From the NCBI GenBank assembly GCA_977017575.1, contig CDRNVI010000063.1, positions 124,001 through 188,000 on the forward strand: 64,000 nt of DNA. Reading direction: 5' to 3'. Of this stretch, positions 45,730 to 56,184 are shown in pieces. Under the pieces are notes generated by a model. That model was not told the DNA's origin, did not search any database, and saw only the letters and a list, made by a program, of their open reading frames with translations. The first letter of the stretch is position 1; each line of letters begins with the position of its first letter. The DNA comes from Paramoeba atlantica (taxonomy: Eukaryota; Protista; Discosea). Position numbers and translations under genes: made by a program.

Positions 45730-46769
45730 GGAGAGAGAAAAAAGAAAAAAAAACACCCCAGTGCTCTTTTCAAGACAGAAAAGTGATGGTTCTTGCGATA
45801 GCTTTTGTACATGTACAAAATGTACATACAGAAAGGGAGGGAATTCGTAAGGGTTCACGTAACGTATACAGAAAGGGAGGGAATTCGTAAGGATTCAGCT
45901 ACTAGTCGTGCTTGTAGAATGTTTATTTTCATAGACAGGCAGAATGCCTGGAGTCCAACGGACCGAAACTATTAATCATCATTTAGAGTAGTTCGTGATA
46001 AGAAAAAGTCCCCCCTTTTTTCTAAGAAAAAACTTACAAAAAAAGTGTGTAAGTGGCTAACTTAGAGGAATGAAACTTAAAAAAACGTCACCTGGACGAA
46101 CCGAAGCGAACCGAGGCGAACCGACCCAATCCCATTGAAACCAATGACGATTTCTACTTGGCGTTTTTTTCAAAGCTAGCTGCAAACTTTCCATGTTCAA
46201 AAAAATGTGCACTTCTATATGATTTTCTTGTATACTCCCACATTACACGCTGCAGTCCTAGAGGCACAGTTCCGGCACTGTGAAGTGAAGTCTTTACTGG
46301 AGGACGGAGAAAACCTCTAGTATCATGGAAATTTTCCTTGCAGTATGGAGGTGCCTGTGATGGTACGGACGCATGTAAGTGTTTGTAAATTTCTTGTTGA
46401 CTTATTTCTCCTTTCCTTCTTTACTCCCCCCCCCCCCCCATGGCAGAACTCCCCAAGGGTCTATTGTTCTGTGCGTACTGTGGCTCGAAGTTCGAACCAC
46501 CCTCCCCTCCCACCGGCTGTGCCCGACGTGTGCACACACAACCGGCCAGGCGTACCGACCCATCTGGGACGCACCCTCATCTCTTGGGCCAGCCCACGGC
46601 GGACGCAAGCAGAACACCTCCTCGCGTGAGTCCTCCCGTTCCCTCTCCCGCGATAGCAGGCCGTGCCTCTTTTGCACGCAGCCGTTCTCCCCTGGACATC
46701 ATTTCCACCGTTTCTGTCCCGTGTGCGCGGAATTGAGGGCCCAGCGCCAGAGCTCGGCCCCCCACCCAT

Positions 46770-47292
46770 CACCCGGATCCAAGTGGACGAAAGGTTCGTT
46801 GGAAAGCGAAAGTAAAAGTAGGCGCCAGCGGAAGAGGATGGTGGTTTACCACCGTCATGGAGATCCGCGGACAAGAAATGGGAAGAACCCATTGGAAGTT
46901 ATTCAAACGCAGAGACGCTGAAATATTACATATCTTCATCCTGTCGCACTTGACGAGCGCGAGGGCTGTTGTTTTCACTGACTGTTGGGGGGCGTTTACC
47001 ATTCTGGGGGACTTTAGTCGCCACCACGCTGTCAATCACAACGTTTGTGAACTTCCAAGGCTACCACACTAACACCGCTGAAGAGTCGAATCGCATCATC
47101 AAAGACTGGGTGAGAAAACAGCACTGTAATTTTGGTGAGAAGTGCAACGTAAAGTTGAAGGTGAGCGACAACGATGTGCCATTAAGAATATTTAAGGACA
47201 TTCATGATTTTTGTGATTGTATTCATACATTCCAAAGAAATAGAGGAAGTAGTAAAGGTGCGTATAGATCATGGCGGTTTTTTACTTATTAG
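46770..47292 (+). pseudogene. Merlin/IS1595 transposase remnant
   Basis: IQVDERFVGKRK*, KRRDAEIL, VFTDCWGAF, AVNH and GYHTNTAE. Contains stops and frameshifts. Confidence 0.78.
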
Positions 47293-47668
47293 AGCATGAG
47301 AAGATTTTGTACAAGATTTTATCTTCGTTCTACAACATATTCTTCACAAGTACACATGTGGCCACACCACCGATGACGCGTCCCTTCCGTTGCTGCCTTT
47401 ACTGCAGTGTAAGCAAACATCTTCTGTAAATTGCAGAACATCCTTTTTAGCCTAAATTGACAAAATTGAACAGCCGATTCCGGATGTAAACCGATGAGTG
47501 ATTAAAAACATAGACTTTTAGTAAAATATGCACGGCTAGTGAAATATAATAATTCCCATGCTGTGCGTGTAGTGACTACGTTTCGAAAACGCTTCATTCA
47601 GTGTTCAGTAAGTCCAGTTCCAGATTTCGTATATTTCTCGTTGGCTGCTTGCACCCCATGCGCTTACT

Positions 47669-48778
47669 CTACGATAAGATGCATTTTTCTTTTCCAAGCT
47701 GAAGCGGCCCAGGTCGTTGAGGATTACCTGTAAACTGTGTACCAGTTGGAATTGCGGATTTATCAATAGGGCCCGTAAACTCGTTATTTTGTATTTCAAG
47801 AATTTTAAGCTCGGGCGGCAAATTTTGGATGAACAGGCGACCAAAAAATTGGTTGTCATTAAGTTGAAGAGTGTGAAGCATCTTCGGGAGGTGTGATAAC
47901 TCGAGTGTTCCACTTAGTCTGTTATGCGCCAGAGAAACTGAAACAGAAAAGGGAGGAAGCATGCTCAGATAGATCCCTCCAACCAACTCATTATTGGAAA
48001 GGTGAAGCTCAGTGAGCACCGGTGGTAAATACGACAGGCAGATTTCGCCGTGAAGCCTGTTATACATAACGTCTAGTGACTTCAACCGAGAAGGGAGCTC
48101 GGTGAGGTCTAGAGACCCAATCAGTCGATTGTGATCGAGCCCCAGAATTTCTAAAGCCGGCGGAAGGCCCACCAATGATATCTCCCCTGTGAGGTGATTC
48201 GACCCCAGAAACAGCACGTGCAGCCCTGCGGGAAGTGCGCTCAGCTCGAGGCTTCCCCCCAAAGCATTGTGGTGCAATGAAAGACCACGGAGAGAGGGGG
48301 CCAGTTCCTCCAGCCGCAGCTGACCGCTGAGAAGGTTCTCACTCAGAAACAACCTCCGTAGTACACGGAGCCCCAGAGTGGGATATAATCGTCCGGAAAA
48401 TGTGTTCCTCGAGAGCCGCACAATCTCAAGCGAGGTGCAATGTTCGGGAAGTACGACGGAGCCACCGAGAGCATTCTGGCGCAAGCTGATCTCACGCAGA
48501 CTCCGTGGCAGAGCGGCCCAGTTGATGCCGCCCTCCAGACCCATCTCGCCCCAAGAAATGCGCTGGATTTGACCGTCGGGGTTACATGTGACCCCTTCCC
48601 ATTGGTGAGCGGGGAAGGGGAGATCACACCCGGACGAAGTAGGGCGCAACCACGAGTCGTGAGGATTGTAAATGTATTGAACCAAATTCTGTAGCTGCAG
48701 CTCCGGGGAGAGGTCGGCGTTTAGCGGGGGAAGGGCTTGCGAAGAGGACTCCGAGAGGTGATGGGAAGAGGTATCCAT
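47669..48778 (-). CDS. LRR protein with C-terminal CaaX (CILS), paralogue of 44545
   Basis: LQNLVQYIYNP..HQWEGVTC, collinear with ORF 44545. Confidence 0.88.
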   Translation of the reverse strand: MDTSSHHLSESSSQALPPLNADLSPELQLQNLVQYIYNPHDSWLRPTSSGCDLPFPAHQWEGVTCNPDGQIQRISWGEMGLEGGINWAALPRSLREISLRQNALGGSVVLPEHCTSLEIVRLSRNTFSGRLYPTLGLRVLRRLFLSENLLSGQLRLEELAPSLRGLSLHHNALGGSLELSALPAGLHVLFLGSNHLTGEISLVGLPPALEILGLDHNRLIGSLDLTELPSRLKSLDVMYNRLHGEICLSYLPPVLTELHLSNNELVGGIYLSMLPPFSVSVSLAHNRLSGTLELSHLPKMLHTLQLNDNQFFGRLFIQNLPPELKILEIQNNEFTGPIDKSAIPTGTQFTGNPQRPGPLQLGKEKCILS

Positions 48779-48969
48779 GAACAGAAAGGAATCCGCGAAG
48801 GATTTACAGAATCTTAGGGTTTTAAAAAACTCTTTTAGATTTTATGATTCTTGTATGAACAATTCAGTTCGAAAAGAAAAGTACTGTATCCTCCTGGTTA
48901 CCTGTCACTACTTTTCGGGAAAAGGTGAAATATACGAAAACAAGAAAAGGTGAGATATACAACTGTATA

Positions 48970-51900
48970 CTGTGACCCCCCCTTTAATATGCACCCCCTT
49001 CTTACCCCCCTTTAATATGCACAAAATGGAGGCTGAAGAAAATATGTGTAGTGGGACCCCCCCTTTAATATGCAGAAAATTGAAGTTGAAGAAAGTTCGT
49101 GTGGTGGGACCGATTTGATTTTTTCTTTTTTTATTCTGTTTGGAAAGTCACTTAGGCTACCAACTTCCAACAATAAACTTCCAACTTCCAACAATAAGTT
49201 ACTCAATACTGTAGACTTTTTAGCTTTCTCTATCTGCTCTATCTGTTTCTCTTCGTCAACACATGCCGCACACGGACGGTGTACCGACAACCGTGTATAT
49301 GATAAAAGGTCCGCTGTCGAGTTGGGCTCGGTCAGCGCCACCCTCCCCCCAGGTAGGGGAACGGGCACCTGTTCTACAAACGAAAGCACCTCCAACGGTA
49401 AACGAAAAAAAGAGGCAGCGAGTTGAACTCACAATTTACGACAAACGCGAGATTTGTCGATCCCAGGATTCGGTGAAGGCTATTCGAGAAAAGTACGGGA
49501 TATCTCGAAGAACAGTGTACGACATCCGTGCGACTGGAATATTGAATTATCAAAAGTTAATAAATCGAGATATGGGGAACCAGCATCGTAACAGAGGGTT
49601 TAACACCAAAGGAGGTGATTACAACGACCCGGAGTCTGTCACGTACAATAAGGCAGAGGCAATGTATGAAATTCATCGTGCTTGTGAAAAGGCATCTTCC
49701 TTGTGGTGTCCCTTGACCAAATCCATTGTAATCGATCTAATACGCCAAAACACGAAGTTGACTTCGGTTTCAGCATTGGAAGACACATATGCACGCTTCC
49801 GGAAGCATTATGGGTGGGTTTGGAGAAGGTGGGGAAGGATACAGTGCCTGGCTCCGGCAGACGTGGAACATAGGATATCACAGTGGGCGCAAAACTTTTA
49901 CTTTCAGAATGCTGTTCGGAAATATTTTTTCCGAATATTTTTTTCGGGGACGAAACGGCGATGTTCGTAAACGGTGAGGTACAAGGATATACGCTAGCGC
50001 AGATCGGATGCCCGCAACCGAAGGTGTTCGACACAAATCCCAAGGAAACTGTTACCGTCTTCCTGGCTGGAATATATGACTTTGCTCTAGATAAGGTTTA
50101 CCCTCTTTACCCAACTGTTATATTCAACCACAGCGCCAAGAATCGTGAAAGTTCTGGCATTTATGCTGAAATGACGCGCCAGGCTTCCGCTCTTACTGGA
50201 ATATACGCGGATGTTAGTCAATCTGGTTGGGTAAAGGGAGTTATTTATCCGCGAATGCTTCATAAGTATCTCCCCTATACGCTCGAAAACCCATCTACCG
50301 TCATTATTACGGATGATTATAGCGGGCACCGAACAGATAATATTCCTCCAAATTGCGATCCACATACGATACCAGGAGGTTGCACAAAGGCGATACAAGT
50401 GCATGACCGAGTTTTTAACCGATTATTCAAGCGTGAATACAATGAGATTCTGACTGGCGACTCGACAACACTTCTCAGAAAGTATCTCGCGCTCTGGTAC
50501 TACAGTGGATAAAAGATGCGCACTCACGCGTGTGGTTGAAAAATAAGAATTCCATATTATCTGTCGTCCGTATATATATCCAGCGACCTGCAACGGAGTA
50601 CCCTTGGGTAGAAAAAGCCAAACCTGGGTCCAAAACATCTGACACGGAAACCAAAAACCAAGACGAAAACTGTTTGACCACGAGCGAAACCTCACAGATC
50701 GATGCTCCTCCCATAATTGGTGTAGATAGTTTACTGAGCACTGGGAGTCATGATAATGAATGGAAGCGCTTTCGCGGTCCTAAGCGCTTCCTTACAACTC
50801 ACGCTGTTGACACGCTGTGTCAAAACGTAATAAGGGCTTATCGGCTGTTATCCCGTGCAGAGAACGAAATAGTTTTTTTGAATACTGGAAAGACAAGATT
50901 GATGTGAGGATTCAATCGCCCACCTTCTGATCTAATCACCACAGATTCACGCATTGTTGCCGTTCTCTTCTTTAACAATCACCTTATTTTGGTAGAACTC
51001 CGAAGGTCCCTGCTCACAGTGTATGACAGCTATGAGGCGTATTCTCCATTCGCCCGAAGCGACTTTTTAAAATTATTCTTGGAACGGGCAACTCCTCTTC
51101 TTGGGCAAGAAAGTGGGAACAATCGTGTTAAATATGAAAAGGTCTTGCAGCAGGAGCCTATGCTAAATGAATGCGGATTGCATGTTGTTAACAACTTATG
51201 CTCTTTGTTATTCTACCCTGCAACTTTTTCTAGGGTTGACAATGTGCTTGTCAGAAAAAATCTTTCCAGGTCCTGGTGGCCTCGTGGTCCAGGAATTCCT
51301 CTACCCCCTGAACGAACAACAAATTCCGAAGAAACCCTTGGAGAAGTGTCCGTGGAGAACGTGTGAAGATGATTCTGATTCTGATTGTTCTATAATTGTG
51401 AATTTAGTGAATGATTTGAACTTTGAAGATGAGTCCGTTAACAGTTGAAAACTTTATGGGGTCAAGGACATTGTCAAGAAAATGTTGGGGCTTAGCGAAC
51501 CTCACCTCCCGAGCTTTATTTCCGTCCACAGCAACGGTTCATATTGTAATATTATTTTTTACCACGGAACTGGGCTTTTCTGTGGTTTTTACTCGGTGTC
51601 GTGTAAGTCCTCGTAGTGATTCTCCAGGCATATTCTACTATGGGCGTTCAACAAACTCGAAATAATATTATAGTATCCTATGAATCAGTTACATTAGTAA
51701 CTAGTATTTAGGTATACACATTTTTTTATATTTTTTACTTTAAGCACTTTCTTGTTTATTAGTGTTACACAAGCTTCATGAAAAATATCTTTGCTCGAGA
51801 ACAGTTCCTTCACTCTCTTCCCCTCCGTCATCGACCCTTGCTTCGCCACCGATGTCATTGGTACCATGTACGCACTTTCCACCATCCCCCTTGTTTCACC

Positions 51901-52061
51901 CTTTTCTTCCCCCCTTTATTATGTACCCCCCCTTATTATGCCCCCCCCCCCCCCTTTATTATGCACCCCCCTTTATTATGCACCCCCCCTTTATTATGCA
52001 CCCCCCCCTTTATTATGCACAAACTCCAAAAACGTGTGCATATTAAAGGGGGGGGTCACAG
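48970..52061 (+). mobile_element. Pogo-like DNA transposon, copy 2, TA TSD
   Basis: TIR CTGTGACCCCCCCTTTAATATGCAC at both ends. CCCCCTTTATTATGCA minisatellite at about 51910-52020. Confidence 0.92.
49263..51448 (+). pseudogene. Pogo DD30D-Ulp1 fusion gene, disrupted
   Basis: Collinear with 21245-23431. Frameshifts near 49930, 50460 and 51360, and a TGA at 50905. Confidence 0.85.
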
Positions 52062-52979
52062 TAAGTTAACGGGGGGGTACGGTGTGACAGATAACTAGGG
52101 GGTTCAATGTGTGACAGATAACTAGGGGAGGGGGGGGCGGTCACCAAAAAAATAGAAAGAGGAAGTTAGTGACAAAAAAGACGCCTTTAACCCCTATAAG
52201 ATTTTTGTCCACCCGGGATTTCTTTCTTTTCTTCCTATGCACGATCACTCACTTTCAAACTGATAAGAAAGGAAATAAAAGTTTTGTTTTTTTGAAAAAG
52301 ACGAAAAACGTGACAGTTAACTAGTGGGGGGATCACGTGTGACCGATAACTAGGGGGTACAGTAAAATAAGCTTGCGTAGAGTAAAATAAAAGTACTGTC
52401 CCCTCTATTTACTATTTAGTACCTTGCCCCCTCTATTTAGAGGGTTGAAACCTACGAAAGGCAAAACCTGGCAAAACCCGCATATTCCTCATTGGAGAGT
52501 ATGCAGTAGGTCTGTGTAAGTTCGTGTTGGTCCGTGACGAGCTGTGTAGGTACGTGTAGGTTCGTGGTAATCCGTGTAGATTCGTGTAGGTTCGTGTAAG
52601 TTTTTTTTTGACATTTTTTGAGAAGGTTCATTGGCTCGGCCGCTAGGATGATTGCATGTAACTAAAGTAGACCGAATTAAACCACTGTCCGGGTTAATAT
52701 TCCCGGTAGGAATAATAAGAGGGTATAGGAATACAACGAGGTATAGGATTATTAGAAAATTAGCAGAAAAGGACCAAAACATTTTTCCCGCCGCTTCGCG
52801 GCACGATCTTTGATCTTGTCCTCGTTTGGGTCTTGTGTGTGCTTGAAGCTCGCTATTTTGATGAAAGAAACATACAAAAAAGGGATTTTCGAGGGGTGAG
52901 TTGTGTGGATCTCAAGCAAAGACAGGGTAGGTGTCGGGGAGAGGGGGGTAGGAATATTAAGCACCGTTGGGACGACTTA

Positions 52980-53101
52980 GAGGGGTGACTCTAGGTGGGA
53001 GCGCCCGGGAGCGCCTAGGATATCTTTCGTTAAATTTTTTTTCCTTAGTTTCTTAATATTTTAGAAGTTTACTGGGAGCGCCTGGGCAGGAGTCACCCCT
53101 C
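52980..53101. mobile_element. Tourist-like MITE, TTA TSD
   Basis: TTA-GAGGGGTGACTC ... GAGTCACCCCTC-TTA. Confidence 0.78.
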
Positions 53102-53541
53102 TTAATATTCCTGGTAGGAATAATACGAGGGTGTAGGAATATTAACCCCGCAAAAAAAAGCGAAAAGTTTCAATGATGGACCCGGGCTAAGTTTATGAAG
53201 TTTTGCGAGTGTCTTATAGGACTTAAGTCGTTCTTAATCGATCACGAGTGCCGTGCGCATCTCGGGGCACACGCGGGAGGAAGATAATCACAGGGGGCGG
53301 TGCTTCTTCGCCATGAATCACCAATAAATGTACCAATTTAAAAAAAATGTACTCAGTGAAAAAAAAATCAACTTTTTTGCGGTTACGTTTTCCGGTTTAG
53401 GTATGATACGGGTGTCCACGAGTGAAAAGGACCTTGGATTCGGAACGATTGGGCCGAAAAACAGTCCCAAACAAAATATTTCCAAAATCGGACAAAATAT
53501 GAGACCTGTAGGGGGGGGGGGGTAAAAGAGGCTGAACACTA

Positions 53542-54515
53542 CTGTATAGGGTCGATCATGCGTTTTTGGAACGGTTCTGCAGTCTGCTATGAGATAGATT
53601 TTTGGAAAATAACGGCGAATTCGTGAAGATCTGTGGGAGAGCTCAACCGAAAAAATACTTCCGACCTGAGGAGAACATAAATTGTAAGTTAAATATTAGT
53701 GACAAAACACGTTTTTTCGGATTTTTCAGAAGAAAAATTTCAATAATTCACCGATTTTTATAATTTTTTCCCAACTTTCACCACGCCCACCTAGGACCCA
53801 GGGGGGGTGATAGGCAAAGCAAGGATGGGAAATGCACTAGTTTTCGAGATCTGTTGAATGTCGAAGGAATTAGGTCAAAAGCTCGCACGGTGCGCTCTGG
53901 AGCCCGGGGGGAAACCAATAACTGGACTGTATAGCAACCAATGCGCTGTTCACAAATAGCTCATGTACGAAATAAATGAATAAGAAATCAGTGCGAGTAA
54001 ACGCAGATGAAGATAACTCGCTTGAGGAAAACGAATCTCTTTCATGCACAACTGCGTCACTTGACTCTTCGTCATACAATTCCAGGAAGTTCGCCATATT
54101 TGGAAATTTCGAGGAAAAGTAAAATAAAGGTTAGAGAAAAGCAAAGTAAAATCTCTCGAAAAAAATAGCTCTCCTGATATGCTATTAATAGAGGGAACGT
54201 GAATATCTCAAATTTTTGAACGTTAAAGTGATGCTGTAGCCCCCTAGGCTCCTTCTGATGAAAAAGAAAAGGTTCGCTTATTCATTGTGGGGTATTATTT
54301 CAGACGGTTATATGCAAAAATAGGGGGCTAGACCGTGAATTTTAGGCTGAAAAGATCACATTTCTCCTCCAAGTAATTTTTTTTGCAAAAGTGAAGTTTG
54401 AGAGTATTTTTACGTCGAGTCATTGTCATAAGAAGTACACTGCGGATTTTATTCTTATTATAGCAGCCATGGTACCCCCTGGAGAACCGTTCCATTTTTC
54501 ACGATCGACCTATAA
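53542..54515. mobile_element. Family S-related element with imperfect TIRs
   Basis: TA-CTGTATAGGGTCGATC..GGAACGGTTCT versus AGAACCGTTCC..GATCGACCTATA. Confidence 0.5.
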
Positions 54516-55100
54516 GTTGAAAACAACCACCGCGCTTAACGAAGAGCCTAAAAAAGAAAAATATTAAAAATGAACTAAAGTAAAACTACTAGAAATCGGA
54601 AAAAAAGTGGGTCTGTGTAAATCTGTGTGAATTCGTGTAGATCCGTGTAAGTTCGTGTAGGTTTTTTTTGAACCCCAACCTAGTCCATCTGCAGACTCTC
54701 CATTGACGTGGCGAAGGAAACTACTCTGTCAAAAATAGTGAAGAACATACTTGATCTCCATCGTGCGCTGCAAAACATTTTCGCGCCACAAAAAATTAAA
54801 ATTTTGAAAAAAATATTTTTCGAAATACACCCCCAGAAAGGGTAGCCGAGGCCACCCCCGTACTCGGGCACGACTCCCCCTGGTATCAACAGGACGGGTC
54901 CGCCAAGTTCGTTTTTTTCTGAAAATAAAGTTGAGAGAAAGTCAACTTGGCGAAAAACATGGCTTAAAAAACAGCTTTTCAAAAAAGTTTCACCTAAAGT
55001 AGTTTGAGAGTTTGGGACCTATACTAGCTTTCTACGACGTTGTTTTCACAAGATACCCCTTCTTGAAGACGTAACGCGTCTCCCAAAATGACGCCCACAA
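54516..55100 (-). repeat. Diverged family R body starting with one hairpin arm
   Basis: GTTGAAAACAACCACCGCGCTTAACGAAGAGCCTAAAAAAGAAA, then blocks matching 20520-20830. Confidence 0.65.
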
Positions 55101-55440
55101 AAATAGTTCCTGGCAAAACCAGGCAAAACTTAACAGGTTTCAACCCTCTTAGTGTTTAATTTCAAAGGTTCGTAGAAATTGGCGCCGCGAAGCGGCGCCG
55201 TTTTCTTTTCCCCTGTAATATTCGATTTCGTCTAATTTAATCTACTCATTCGAAATAGAAGTGGAAAAAGTTTCTTTTTCTTGATACATTCCTCTTCTTT
55301 GTATGTCGATTGGACCTCTTTCTGGCTGGTGCAGATCAAGACAACCGCTTCCTCGGGTTGGTTCATTGACTAACCAGATTGCCTCAAATGTTGATGTGAC
55401 GTCCGTCCTCGAGGAAGCATTGCCACACACAAAAGCCAGT

Positions 55441-55620
55441 CTTTCAATGTAAGACAAGCTGACGATTAGCAGATCGAGCGAGAGTGCAAAGTCGCTATCA
55501 AAGAAGTATAAAGTGACAGAGCAGTGTATTTATCAGATCAAGCGAATCGGTTCTTAGTTTATCAAGAACGAGTAAACCGTGGTGGGAGTTCTATAAAAAA
55601 AGAAAGGAACGCTAATCCGT
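55441..55620 (+). pseudogene. Pogo-like HTH remnant
   Basis: KLTISRSSESAKSLSKKYKVTEQCIYQIKRIG resembles the N-terminal HTH of ORF 21203. Contains stops. Confidence 0.35.
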
Positions 55621-56184
55621 ATTGTTTGAGCTAATGGAAAAAGGTGTATTTCGTAGCGACTCGGGCTCCCCTACTTAGTGTTTAATTTTGCCCAATTCTA
55701 CTAAACACTAAATAGGGGGGGGGACGGTGTACACGTAGGCACGCAGAAACACACAGGTAATTTTCTGTGCACACCCTGGAGTAAGTGGCTTGTAAGTTAC
55801 AATACTACCCACTTACAAGGTTGTAAGTTACAATTTTAACTTACAAACTACAAGTAACTTTCATGGGGTGGTAGCGATTGCAAGATACTATTGCAATTCT
55901 CGAAGGCATTTCTCCCTCAGACAAGCTGCGACTTCAAGTCAACCGTGTGTGTTTGTGTTGTGAGTCATATGAAATAGTTAGCGCTGTTCCTACGATAAAA
56001 CGTATTGACAGCATCCTACCAGGTTCCACTCATGACAGGCTGCAACGGATAAGCAACTCTGTGGACAGTGGATAGAGAATGATATTGAAATGCTGACTTC
56101 TACGTAGCCACGAGCTTCAACAGTTTAACATTTTTCAACGTTAAACTACCTTTGCATCACTTTGTGCAGCTGCGAAGTACGTGT

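Larger units (their letters stand above)
48884..52362. mobile_element. Small TA-flanked MITE interrupted by pogo copy 2
   Basis: TA-CTGTATCCTCCTGGTTACCTGTCAC ... GTGACCGATAACTAGGGGGTACAG-TA. Confidence 0.6.
52440..55148. mobile_element. PIF/Harbinger-like non-autonomous element, TTA TSD
   Basis: TTA-GAGGGTTGAAACCT ... AGGTTTCAACCCTC-TTA (14-bp TIR). Confidence 0.7.

Noticed and set aside
1661-50907. TGA recoding (in-frame TGA at 1661 and 50905)
   Set aside because: These occur only in decayed TE copies that also have frameshifts or TAA stops, and host genes end normally, some at TGA.
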